From a virus, in the IMG/VR virus record IMGVR_UViG_3300036792_000096, positions 26,658-90,657 of that record: 64,000 nt of DNA; one strand, written 5' to 3'. Below the pieces are notes generated by a model that saw only the letters and a list, made by a program, of their open reading frames with translations, made no database searches and was not told the origin of the DNA. Below, piece by piece: positions 8,914-17,526 of the stretch. Numbering within the stretch: the first letter of the stretch is position 1; every line of letters starts with the position of its first letter. The position numbers and the translations under genes are program-made.

Positions 8914-9656
8914 TCCAGCCCTACTACGAGGATGACTTCACCAGCGTCTATCATGCCGACGCCAGAGAGATCCTCGCTGTCCTCCGGGAGGCGATGCCGT
9001 GGGAGGTTGCGATTGTGGATCCTCCCTACGGTGAGACCTCGCTCGAGTGGGACCGCTGGATAGACGGATGGCCCGCTCTCATGCCCGGGAACTCCATGTG
9101 GTGCTTCGGGTCCATGCGGATGTTCCTCGAGCACGCCTCAGAGTTTGCCTCATGGCGCTTCGCTCAGGACATGGTGTGGGAGAAGGGCAACGGGAGTGGG
9201 TTCGACACAGATCGCTTCAAGCGAGTCCACGAGGTTATCACGCATTGGTACCGAGGTCCGTGGGATGAGGTTCGCCATGTTACGCCCCGAGTCCAGGGCG
9301 AAGTGGATGCTGGTGAGGCGGTGCGGCGACGAACGCCTACGAGCGCTCCGCATCGGAGCCAGATTGGCACGAAGCGAGCTTGGGCTGAGGACGGTACGCG
9401 GCTCATGCGGTCGGTCGTCAAGGTTTCCTCATGCCGTGGCTATGCTCAGCACCCGACACAGAAGCCTGAGGGCATCCTTGCTCCCCTGATCGAGTACAGC
9501 GCCACTCCGGGCCCCCTCGTGTGCGACCCCTTCATGGGTTCGGGCTCAACCCTGGTCACCGCCAAGCGCCTCGGCCGGCGTGCGGTCGGTATTGAGATTG
9601 ACGAGAAGTTCTGTGAGATCGCGGCGGGTCGACTGAGCCAAGACGTGCTCGTGTGA
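8910..9656 (+). CDS. DNA amino-methyltransferase (N6-A/N4-C, beta class)
   Basis: DPPY, HPTQKP, DPFMGSGST, GIEIDEKFCEIA. Confidence 0.95.
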   Translation: MIQPYYEDDFTSVYHADAREILAVLREAMPWEVAIVDPPYGETSLEWDRWIDGWPALMPGNSMWCFGSMRMFLEHASEFASWRFAQDMVWEKGNGSGFDTDRFKRVHEVITHWYRGPWDEVRHVTPRVQGEVDAGEAVRRRTPTSAPHRSQIGTKRAWAEDGTRLMRSVVKVSSCRGYAQHPTQKPEGILAPLIEYSATPGPLVCDPFMGSGSTLVTAKRLGRRAVGIEIDEKFCEIAAGRLSQDVLV

Positions 9657-9901
9657 TCGTTGACCCCAAGCAGCTCGAGGGGTGCCGCTGCGTAGCGGAG
9701 GGCAAGTGGGGCGACGCCTTCACGGGTGAGTTCCGGCTGGACCCCGCTTTGGGTGGCTACCGGGTCTGGAAACCGAAATGTCCGGATGGCTCCCGATGCG
9801 AGTCTGTGTTGTTGCGGGGCGATGACGTGCGAATCATGTTCGGGCCACCGCCGAAGGCGACTCAGCGGACTTGGGGCGAGGCTCAGGGGTCGCTGCTCTA
9901 G
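9653..9901 (+). CDS. Hypothetical protein
   Basis: GTGA coupling; last gene of rightward operon. Confidence 0.55.
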   Translation: MIVDPKQLEGCRCVAEGKWGDAFTGEFRLDPALGGYRVWKPKCPDGSRCESVLLRGDDVRIMFGPPPKATQRTWGEAQGSLL

Positions 9902-10401
9902 CCCACCTGAATCTGCACAACCTGCTTGCCGTACTGCCTCGCCTCCCAGCACGAGGCCATCCACACGTCAAGGTCAGTCCCCCACCCGATGCGGTCCAGC
10001 ACCGTCGCCACGTAGCCGGCAAGGGGACCGGTGAGGATCCGGATGTGGGAACCGAGCGGCAGCATGTTCATCGCCACGACGCCAATAGCGACAGGTTCCC
10101 CAGAGGCCGTGATCCATCCCCCGCCGCAATTGACAGAGTAGGCCGTCGAGAGGACGGTGAGATGCCCCGAGCCAGCGCCCTCCGTTGTAGTGGGCGTGGG
10201 TACCGACCTTATATGCACGGCCGCTCCGTTTTCCCGCGCTGGCGGGGCAGGAATCTTGGGCGCCTGAGGCGGTGCAGGGGATGCCGTGACTTTGGGCAGT
10301 GTGGGGACTTCGGACCCGGCCTTCGCGGTCACCGAAAAGACCTGACGACTGCGCACCGTCGCCGAGCCTGAGCCAAGTAGGGGGCTCGCCAGCACCACCA
10401 T
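9898..10401 (-). CDS. 3D-domain cell-wall protein, probably exported
   Basis: TAYS...TASG...GVVA...LPLGSHIRI...VLDRIG...DLDVW...ARQYG; hydrophobic N-terminus and Pro linker. Confidence 0.8.
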   Translation of the reverse strand: MVVLASPLLGSGSATVRSRQVFSVTAKAGSEVPTLPKVTASPAPPQAPKIPAPPARENGAAVHIRSVPTPTTTEGAGSGHLTVLSTAYSVNCGGGWITASGEPVAIGVVAMNMLPLGSHIRILTGPLAGYVATVLDRIGWGTDLDVWMASCWEARQYGKQVVQIQVG

Positions 10402-10570
10402 GACTACCGCAGCGAGCCCCGCTAGGGGGGTTCGGGCCGAGATTCGGCAGAGTCTAGCGGACTATCGGGCGCAGTGGTGGATTTCGAGAGTCAGCGCCGC
10501 ACTAGCCAGCGACTGACGAAGAACGCTAGGAGGCCGATCACCGCTAGCCCGCCAATCGTCAGAGGCCAGT

Positions 10571-11056
10571 TCACGGCACTAGGCCCTTGGCGACCTTCAC
10601 TGCCTCGGACACGGCACCAAACACACGTGCGACTTCCTGCTTGGGGTCGGGAGGCTCCCAGTGGTTCAGTGGGACCACGGAGTGATCCTCTAGGCATTCC
10701 CCGACCGCTCTGATCCCGTCCCCGCCCAAGCCGTTGGCGAAGGGCTTCACCGTGACCGTGATCCGCACCCGGTGCCCACCCTCAAAGGTTCGTGCGATGG
10801 GGCCAGCGCAGCACTCCTCAAGGCCCTTCGGGAGACTGGTCATGCGGATTGCGCGGATATGCCCGTGGACTTGGGGAAGGTCCGTGAGGTAGAGGTGGAA
10901 GCTCGGCTGGTAGAAGGCTGGGTGCGCAGCCTCGTCCAGCATGGCGTTGAGCAGGCCCCGACGTCGGCTGCGCTTGCGGATCCGCAGGACTCCGAGCTCA
11001 CCCTCGTACGTGTGGCGCCCAGTCGGTAGCGGCTCGGCGAGAAGTGGCACGATCAT
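10571..11056 (-). CDS. Hypothetical protein
   Basis: RBS, coupled ORF. Confidence 0.6.
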   Translation of the reverse strand: MIVPLLAEPLPTGRHTYEGELGVLRIRKRSRRRGLLNAMLDEAAHPAFYQPSFHLYLTDLPQVHGHIRAIRMTSLPKGLEECCAGPIARTFEGGHRVRITVTVKPFANGLGGDGIRAVGECLEDHSVVPLNHWEPPDPKQEVARVFGAVSEAVKVAKGLVP

Positions 11057-11286
11057 TCCCCCTTCGCTTGCTTGGTCAACTCTCCTACTCTGGTGTGGGA
11101 GAGGCCGGTCACTGCTGCGATCTGGCGGATGCTCATGCCGGCGCCCTTCATGGTGTGGAGATCCTGAGCCCTCGCCGCTCGGAGCTCGGTCAGCGACTCC
11201 TCGGCGTAGGCGATGGCCCGCTCCCGTGCCCTCCACGCGTCGAGGTCGATGGGGAGATCTACGGAGGTGCGGACCGTGACCTTCAC
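11053..11286 (-). CDS. Small HTH protein
   Basis: GMSIRQIAAVTGLSHTRVGEL. Confidence 0.75.
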   Translation of the reverse strand: MKVTVRTSVDLPIDLDAWRARERAIAYAEESLTELRAARAQDLHTMKGAGMSIRQIAAVTGLSHTRVGELTKQAKGE

Positions 11287-11531
11287 GGGGTGTCTCCGTA
11301 CAACGCCTGAACGAGATCCTTCTCCGGGATCTCCAGTGCCTGAAGGAACTCCCACAGGGGAATCTGCACGCTTTCGATGTCTACAATGTGGTCATAGTGT
11401 CCCGAGATACTCAGGAGCCGAGATCGCTTGGTGTAGTGGATCCGCACCCCTGATTCAGCGCCGCCGGTCAGGACGGTCTGCTTCTCGGACTTGCACCATC
11501 CAAGACTGCTGGGTTCGGTTCTCACTGCCAA
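11283..11531 (-). CDS. Hypothetical protein
   Basis: GGAGG RBS, coupled. Confidence 0.55.
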   Translation of the reverse strand: MAVRTEPSSLGWCKSEKQTVLTGGAESGVRIHYTKRSRLLSISGHYDHIVDIESVQIPLWEFLQALEIPEKDLVQALYGDTP

Positions 11532-11707
11532 ACCTCCTCTCCGGTTCTAACGAGCTGACCCGCCTCATGTCGGGCGAGGATGACGCGAAGCTCGGCAGCG
11601 ATGCTCTCAAGAGTCTCTGCTGCGTCGCGGATCTCCTCAGCCGTGGGGCTATTGGCAAGCGTCACCGAGATCTCCTGCACGCTACGGCTGATACCGTTGT
11701 CAGCCAT
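11522..11707 (-). CDS. Hypothetical protein
   Basis: AGAGGAGAG RBS, MADNGISRS... Confidence 0.6.
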   Translation of the reverse strand: MADNGISRSVQEISVTLANSPTAEEIRDAAETLESIAAELRVILARHEAGQLVRTGEEVWQ

Positions 11708-11742
11708 CCGACTCTCCTCTCTGTGTGCTCCTGACAAGACAC

Positions 11743-11771
11743 AGTGTACACTTCTGCGGACGCTCTGGCAA
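11743..11771 (-). promoter_or_regulatory. Leftward SigA-type promoter
   Basis: TTGCCA-17nt-TACACT on minus strand. Confidence 0.7.
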
Positions 11772-11789
11772 TAGCCTAGGACACAATTC

Positions 11790-11826
11790 CTGTCCGTGGA
11801 CAGAACGTCGCTGGAAGTCGTACGAT
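11790..11826 (+). promoter_or_regulatory. Rightward promoter with palindrome over -35
   Basis: TGGACA-18nt-TACGAT; CTGTCCgtGGACAG at 11790-11803. Confidence 0.6.
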
Positions 11827-11837
11827 ATGCGCCACTC

Positions 11838-12044
11838 ATGACCCGCTTGCTTGGCGTCCCCGAGACCTGCCCCCACTGCCGCCAACCGACGCATGGGATC
11901 CTGTTCTGCGCCTGTGGGCGCCTCACGACAGAACGGGCCAAACCCGACCGTCAGGGCTACCGGGAGCGTAAGGCTGGCGGTAGGAGCCGGGATTCCAGCC
12001 CCAAGGCCGTAGCCCGACGTCGGTCCAAGTTGGCGGGGGCGTAG
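11838..12044 (+). CDS. Small zinc-ribbon basic protein
   Basis: CPHC...CAC. Confidence 0.55.
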   Translation: MTRLLGVPETCPHCRQPTHGILFCACGRLTTERAKPDRQGYRERKAGGRSRDSSPKAVARRRSKLAGA

Positions 12045-12353
12045 ATGGCGCTGCGCAGCATCGTGGACGAGTTCGTATGCGGGCCGAGCGGCATTGATCC
12101 CGGCTGCCCCTTCTGCGACGGCACCGGGACCGTCTGCGAGGATCACCCCGAGCGTCCATGGCACGGCACCGCTGGGGAGGATGTCGGTTGTCCGTGTCAC
12201 CAAGCCGGGATGCCCTGCAAGGACGGCCGTAAGCTGCTCGGCTCGCTTGACGGGCTGGCGCGGGAAGGCAGTCGGACGTATGTTCCGTACCCAGACTCCC
12301 CGACTGTTCCGGTAGGGGGCTACAACGACGCCAATCTCAGTGGTAAGCCATGA
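12045..12353 (+). CDS. Cys-rich zinc-finger protein
   Basis: CPFCDGTGTVCEDHPERPW...GMPC. Confidence 0.65.
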   Translation: MALRSIVDEFVCGPSGIDPGCPFCDGTGTVCEDHPERPWHGTAGEDVGCPCHQAGMPCKDGRKLLGSLDGLAREGSRTYVPYPDSPTVPVGGYNDANLSGKP

Positions 12354-12694
12354 GCGAGGTGCTCGCAGAGCCGACAAACCTCCAATGCGTCTGGTCCACC
12401 CCCGACTGCCCCATCCCGCCCGGGACCGTCCTGACCGCTCTCCCACCGCTCGAGGGCTCGCTCAGGGACGCCTATGACCTCGTGGTCGCCCTTGTGTGGG
12501 CCTATCCCCACCGTGGCGCGTCGCACCGAGAGATTGCCGTGGGGCTGGGGTGCTCCTCGAGCGCCGCTCACGGTTGGGTTGCCGAGTTGCGGAGGCTGGG
12601 ATACCTCACCGCCGGTCACGCCGTAGGCCGGTCGGGGAACAGGGCTCCGAACACCATCCGGCCGGCGGTAGTCCCGCACCGAGCCAGTGCCTAA
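12350..12694 (+). CDS. Winged-HTH protein (LexA DNA-binding-domain-like)
   Basis: SHREIAVGLGCSSSAAHGWVAELRRLGYL. Confidence 0.75.
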   Translation: MSEVLAEPTNLQCVWSTPDCPIPPGTVLTALPPLEGSLRDAYDLVVALVWAYPHRGASHREIAVGLGCSSSAAHGWVAELRRLGYLTAGHAVGRSGNRAPNTIRPAVVPHRASA

Positions 12695-12699
12695 CTGAC

Positions 12700-14376
12700 G
12701 TGCCCCCCGAACCGTGGCGTAACCGGATCGTCGGCGAGGGCGAGGAAGCGCCTGACCAGCTTCTAGCCAACCCGTTCAACTTCCGCATCCACCCCAAGGC
12801 ACAGCAGGACGGTGTAAGCGGGTCTCTGAACGATCTAGGCTGGATACAGCGGATTATCGTCAACCGGGCCACCGGCCATGTCATTGACGGTCACGCCCGG
12901 GTAGAACTCGCAATCAGCCGTGGTGAGCCGTCGGTGCCTGTCGTCTACGTAGACGTGACGCCGGAAGAGGAGCGCAAGGCCCTAGCCGTGTTCGACGCCC
13001 TCGGTGCCTTGGCTGCCATCGACGGCCCGAAGCTGGGTGAGTTGCTCGCCTCCATCTCCACCGAAGACCCGGATCTGGAGCGGATGCTGACGGATCTGGC
13101 TGGGGCCAATGGTGTGACCTTCGGAATGGGAGGCCGAGAACCGGAGGCGGACAACCTAGAGCAAGAGGTAGCCCGCGCAACCCTAGCGGAGCGGTTTCTC
13201 ATCCCGCCCTTCTCCGTCCTTGACGCCCGACAGGGGTACTGGCAGGAACGTAAGCGAGCGTGGCTCGCCCTTGGTATCCGGTCTGAGTTGGGGCGTGGGG
13301 AGACCCTGACGTATGTGGGCCGGGAGGACGAGACAGGAGAATCCGACGCGACGTGTCGTCCAGTGTCTCGTCCTCCCGGCCCACAGCGAAACGGCCAAGT
13401 GAGTCCAGGCGGGTCGCCGGGCGCGGCGACCCGCCTCAATCAGAACGGCAAGACGGAGCGGGGCGATGGCGCTGGACACCCGCTTACGTACAAGGGGCAG
13501 GAGTCGCTCCATGTGAACGAACCCGGATCGCGTTCAGCGACTCCTGCCCCTTCCCGTCGCATGACCTACGCTACGGGCTCTGCGGAGGACTTCACATCTC
13601 AGCGCATCCTTGAGCAGGTCCCTGCTCAAGGATCAGGAACGTCCATCTTCGATCCCGTGCTGTGCGAGGTGGTCTATCGCTGGTTCTGCCCGCCCGGGGG
13701 GCGTGTGCTGGACCCCTTCGCCGGGGGTAGCGTCCGTGGTGTTGTGGCGTCTCTTCTTGGGCGCTCGTACACGGGCATCGACCTATCCGAGGCACAGGTA
13801 GTGGCCAACAGAGGGCAAGGGGAGGCTCTCTGTTCACGTTCGCTAGATAGTGCAGTGGCACCTATGCCGCGGTGGTTCATGGGTGATAGCAGCAACATTG
13901 CCGCGGACTGGCCTCCGTCCGATGCCATGTTCGATCTCGTGTTCTCCTGCCCGCCGTACTTTGACCTTGAGGTTTACACGGATTCGCCTGCTGACCTCTC
14001 ACAGGCACCCGACTATGAGGCGTTCGTGGATGCGCTGGGCACCATCCTCACCGCCTCTGCTGGCCGACTCGCCGATGATCGGTTCGTGGTGTTGGTCATG
14101 GGAGAGGCCCGCAACGGGCGGGGCGACCTGTACGGGCTTGTGCCGGGCACCGTCAAGGCCGCCGGGCGAGCGGGGCTGACGTACTACAACGAGGCGATTC
14201 TTGTGACGATGGTCGGGTCGCTGCCGCTCCGGGTCGGGCGGGCCTTCCCCGTCTCTCGGAAGCTTGGGCGTACTCACCAAACCGTTCTCGTGTTCGTTAA
14301 GGGGGACGCTACCCGGGCCGCGGCTGCATGCGGTCATGTAGAGGTGGGGGATGTACCCGAGAGCGTCAACGCATGA
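12700..14376 (+). CDS. ParB-like N-terminal domain fused to DNA amino-methyltransferase
   Basis: LLANPFNFRIH...VIDGHAR; SIFDPVLCE, VLDPFAGGS, SCPPY. Confidence 0.9.
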   Translation: MPPEPWRNRIVGEGEEAPDQLLANPFNFRIHPKAQQDGVSGSLNDLGWIQRIIVNRATGHVIDGHARVELAISRGEPSVPVVYVDVTPEEERKALAVFDALGALAAIDGPKLGELLASISTEDPDLERMLTDLAGANGVTFGMGGREPEADNLEQEVARATLAERFLIPPFSVLDARQGYWQERKRAWLALGIRSELGRGETLTYVGREDETGESDATCRPVSRPPGPQRNGQVSPGGSPGAATRLNQNGKTERGDGAGHPLTYKGQESLHVNEPGSRSATPAPSRRMTYATGSAEDFTSQRILEQVPAQGSGTSIFDPVLCEVVYRWFCPPGGRVLDPFAGGSVRGVVASLLGRSYTGIDLSEAQVVANRGQGEALCSRSLDSAVAPMPRWFMGDSSNIAADWPPSDAMFDLVFSCPPYFDLEVYTDSPADLSQAPDYEAFVDALGTILTASAGRLADDRFVVLVMGEARNGRGDLYGLVPGTVKAAGRAGLTYYNEAILVTMVGSLPLRVGRAFPVSRKLGRTHQTVLVFVKGDATRAAAACGHVEVGDVPESVNA

Positions 14377-14873
14377 CCACTCCCACTCGGACGCCCCTCG
14401 CCGTCGTCGGGACAACCAAAGGACAGGACAAATCAGGCAACACGTCCGCGGCCTCTCGTCGCCAGATTGAAGCTGCCGAGAAGCAGCGACAAGCCGTAGC
14501 CCTTCGCCACCACGGGGCAACCTTCCAGCAGATCGCAGACCAACTTGGCTACACCAACCCGTCGGCCGCCCGCAAAGCCTTCCTCAAGGCCCTCGAGCGC
14601 TGGGGTGTGGAGGATGTCACCGACCTGCGCGCCGCCGAGGTGGCCCGGCTGGACTCCTACCTCCTTGTCGTCGCCACGAAGGTCAAGGCGGGTGAACTGA
14701 AGGCCGTTGAGACCGCACTCAAGATCAGCGAGCGCCGTGCGAAACTCTTGGGTCTAGACCAGCCTACAAAGGTGGTCATCACCGAGGATCTCTTGGAGGC
14801 CGAGCGTGACAAGCTCCGTGAGCGGGTCGCCACGCTCCGTGTCGTCGGAGGAGCGTCGTCTAGCGCTCCTTGA
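14373..14873 (+). CDS. terS: Terminase small subunit
   Basis: HTH (GATFQQIADQLGY), ERRAKLLGLDQP, directly upstream of TerL. Confidence 0.8.
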   Translation: MTTPTRTPLAVVGTTKGQDKSGNTSAASRRQIEAAEKQRQAVALRHHGATFQQIADQLGYTNPSAARKAFLKALERWGVEDVTDLRAAEVARLDSYLLVVATKVKAGELKAVETALKISERRAKLLGLDQPTKVVITEDLLEAERDKLRERVATLRVVGGASSSAP

Positions 14874-16338
14874 CGAGATCGCAGCGCTTCAGGCCGAGGA
14901 GCGGGCGCTACTGGCCGAAGCGGAGGTCACGAGGTTCTCCGGATACCGGGACCACCCTGTGGAGTTCGTCCGGGAGGTTCTCCGGGAGGAGATGTGGAGC
15001 AAGCAGGAAGAAATCCTCCGCTCCGTCTACCGGGATCGCCGAACCATCGTCAGTGCCTGTTTCGCTTCAGGGAAGACGTGGATAGCGGCCCGCCTCCTCG
15101 CGCAGTGGATCTCGACCGATCCTGGTGCGATCGCCATCACGACCGCCTCCGTCGGCCGGCAGGTAGCAGGACAGCTCTGGGGCGAGGTCCGCAACCTCTG
15201 GCGACGAGGAGTGACGCTGCCGGGCCAACTGGACCCCGCGCCCGGTGTCTCGCTTCCTGGGGATCTGCTCCCGAAGGCCCCTGAATGGATGGTGACGCCG
15301 GGCAGGAACTTCGCCATGGGCTTCAGCACGAACGACCCCAACCGCTTCTCTGGCTGGCACGGGGGGCGTGTCCTCGTGATCCTGGACGAGGCCGAGGGTA
15401 TTGACGATGACCTGTGGGACATCATGGAAGGCCAACTCTCCACAGGTGACACGGCCGTCCTGGCGCTCGGGAACCCCGACCCGGAGGGCATCCTCGGTGG
15501 CTTCCAGCACGCAGCATCTTCTCCGCTCTGGCACCACATCACGATCAGCGCCTTCGACACGCCGAACCTGATCGCCGGCCGGGACGACGTGGCTCCCTAC
15601 CTCGTGACCCGTCGCTGGGTGGAGGAACGCCGGCAGGAGTGGGGCGAGGACGACCCTCGGTGGATCACGAAGGTGCTCGGCCAGTTCGTGGAGGGCTCCG
15701 CGGCCAAGCACGTCATTCCTCTGTCGTGGTTCGAGCGGGCCGTGGACCGGCCCGGCGTGACGGCGGTGACTGAGAAGCCAGTGACGGGTTTGGACATAGC
15801 CCGGTTCGGCACCGACGACAGCGCCATTGTGATCCGTCAGGGTCCCCTCGTGCTCCACATGGAGCGCAAACACGGGTTCTCAGGCCCGGAGGTGGGGGGC
15901 TGGGCAATCGCCCGTATGCGCCAGCACGGCTCGGCAGTGGTGAACGGTGACAGCGGAGGGCTAGGCGGGCCGGTGCTGGATTTCATCCGTGAGACGCCGG
16001 GGATCCGCGTGCAGGACATCAATGCCGGCTCGAGGGCGGACGACAACGAGCGGTTCGTGCGCAAGCGGGACGAGCTCTGGTGGGGGGCTCGGGAACGCTT
16101 TGAGACCGACCGGATCGTCCTGCCGAGGAAGTTGGGTTCGGAGGTGGAGATCCTCAAGGGCCAAGTGACTCCGGTCCGCTACTCGTACCGGGTAGACGGC
16201 CGGATTGAGGTTGAGTCGAAGGACTCCATGGCGAAGCGGGGCCTTCCCTCGCCCGACCTCGCCGACGCTCTCTGTCTCGCCTTCATCGCCCCGTGGACGG
16301 CCCGCACCAACCTCCGCGACCTCATGGGCGGAGGCTAA
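14806..16338 (+). CDS. terL: Terminase large subunit
   Basis: Walker A (ASGKT), Walker B (VILDEAEG), GNP, GLDIARFGTD, SPDLADA. Confidence 0.96.
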   Translation: MTSSVSGSPRSVSSEERRLALLDEIAALQAEERALLAEAEVTRFSGYRDHPVEFVREVLREEMWSKQEEILRSVYRDRRTIVSACFASGKTWIAARLLAQWISTDPGAIAITTASVGRQVAGQLWGEVRNLWRRGVTLPGQLDPAPGVSLPGDLLPKAPEWMVTPGRNFAMGFSTNDPNRFSGWHGGRVLVILDEAEGIDDDLWDIMEGQLSTGDTAVLALGNPDPEGILGGFQHAASSPLWHHITISAFDTPNLIAGRDDVAPYLVTRRWVEERRQEWGEDDPRWITKVLGQFVEGSAAKHVIPLSWFERAVDRPGVTAVTEKPVTGLDIARFGTDDSAIVIRQGPLVLHMERKHGFSGPEVGGWAIARMRQHGSAVVNGDSGGLGGPVLDFIRETPGIRVQDINAGSRADDNERFVRKRDELWWGARERFETDRIVLPRKLGSEVEILKGQVTPVRYSYRVDGRIEVESKDSMAKRGLPSPDLADALCLAFIAPWTARTNLRDLMGGG

Positions 16339-16603
16339 GACTAGGATGGAACCTCGCGAAGTCGTATGCTTGGCGATACTTTTCGCGCTCTCGGGTGAGG
16401 GAGGAGCTTCAAGGTTGCCGGAACACCCTCGTCCCCTTGACGTTGCAATCGCGGCCAGAGCCGCGGTGAATGCGCGCCGTAGGCGTTCGCACAGTGTAAA
16501 ATGGATGGTAGGTAGGAGCCCCGCGTCGTCTGACCGACCGGGGCCATGGACGAAGCCTCTCAGGAAGGCACCGTCGTGTTACACACTACAGCAGGGTTGC
16601 CGC

Positions 16604-16876
16604 GTGGCGAAGTTTAAGCGCGCGGTCAAGCAATGTGAAGGTCCGCCAGTCTCCGTTGGGTTCAAAGTGTGTCGAGACTGTGGCGAGCATCTATGGATCC
16701 AAGACTTCACCACAACTCCGTGGACCAAGGACGGTCGGGGTAAATTCTGCTTCGTGTGGGACTTGCCGTGGGCGGTTCCGTCATCGACGGAGGTAGTCGC
16801 CAGAGCGATGCGTGTCTGGGTTGCGCCTGTGATTGTGTACAGCCTCCTGAGTGCGGTCCAAGGGCACTCGGCATGA
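16604..16876 (+). CDS. Possible degenerate zinc-ribbon protein or endonuclease remnant (start uncertain, may be 16346)
   Basis: KVCRDCGEHL..QDF...KDGRGKFC; stop overlaps next ATG; atypical codon usage. Confidence 0.4.
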   Translation: MAKFKRAVKQCEGPPVSVGFKVCRDCGEHLWIQDFTTTPWTKDGRGKFCFVWDLPWAVPSSTEVVARAMRVWVAPVIVYSLLSAVQGHSA

Positions 16877-17259
16877 AGCAAGAGGCGCCTACAGCGCTGG
16901 ATCTCCTACTGGGGTCGCTCGCTGTACTGCGGGCTACACATTTTCTGATTCATGATCAATGGCCACCTATGGTCCAAGCGCGCAACTGGCTATCGCGGCA
17001 TGTGGACGAAGAGTCCGTATGGATGGAGTTGTCCCGGTGTTCTTGGTGTCAAGGATTGTGGATAAGCCCCCTTGTGGCTTTGTCGATAAAGCGATACCCG
17101 AGGGTCAGATGGCTGCTGCTGGGGCCGGCGCTCTCGGGCGTGGTGGGGCTGCTCTCGACGGCTGACAGCGCCTTGGCTCGGATGTGGGCGACCGTGCCAG
17201 CAGAGAGGGAGTGGGAGCCTACGGGGCCCGGGGAGTGGAGACGCAATGCCTCCCTGTGA
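16873..17259 (+). CDS. DUF1360-like membrane protein
   Basis: LAVLRATHFLIHD.WP...R...ELSRCSWCQGLWIS. Confidence 0.75.
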   Translation: MKQEAPTALDLLLGSLAVLRATHFLIHDQWPPMVQARNWLSRHVDEESVWMELSRCSWCQGLWISPLVALSIKRYPRVRWLLLGPALSGVVGLLSTADSALARMWATVPAEREWEPTGPGEWRRNASL

Positions 17260-17268
17260 CGCCGTCTG

Positions 17269-17526
17269 ATGGCCGAGGCAGAGAACGGCGCTGGCCCCCT
17301 CAGCCTCTCGGCAGCCGAGGCGCTGGGGCTCCTGAGTCTCCATTCCAAGGTTCCCGTGGACAGCATGGACCCGGAGGCGCTGGGGGCGGTAGGGCGGATG
17401 CACGCCGAGCTCTGGCTTATCATGGAGGACGCCCGTACCTTGCAGGCCGGCGCCGATGAGGCGACAGGCAATGGCGCTACGCCGAAGCGCAAGCCCCGCT
17501 CATCCGTCCTGACGCCTCGCACGTGA
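17269..17526 (+). CDS. Hypothetical protein
   Basis: Coupled to portal start. Confidence 0.6.
   Translation: MAEAENGAGPLSLSAAEALGLLSLHSKVPVDSMDPEALGAVGRMHAELWLIMEDARTLQAGADEATGNGATPKRKPRSSVLTPRT

Noticed and set aside
12700-13100. ParB domain as a plasmid-prophage partition system
   Set aside because: Fused to a methyltransferase next to terminase; no ParA or parS array seen
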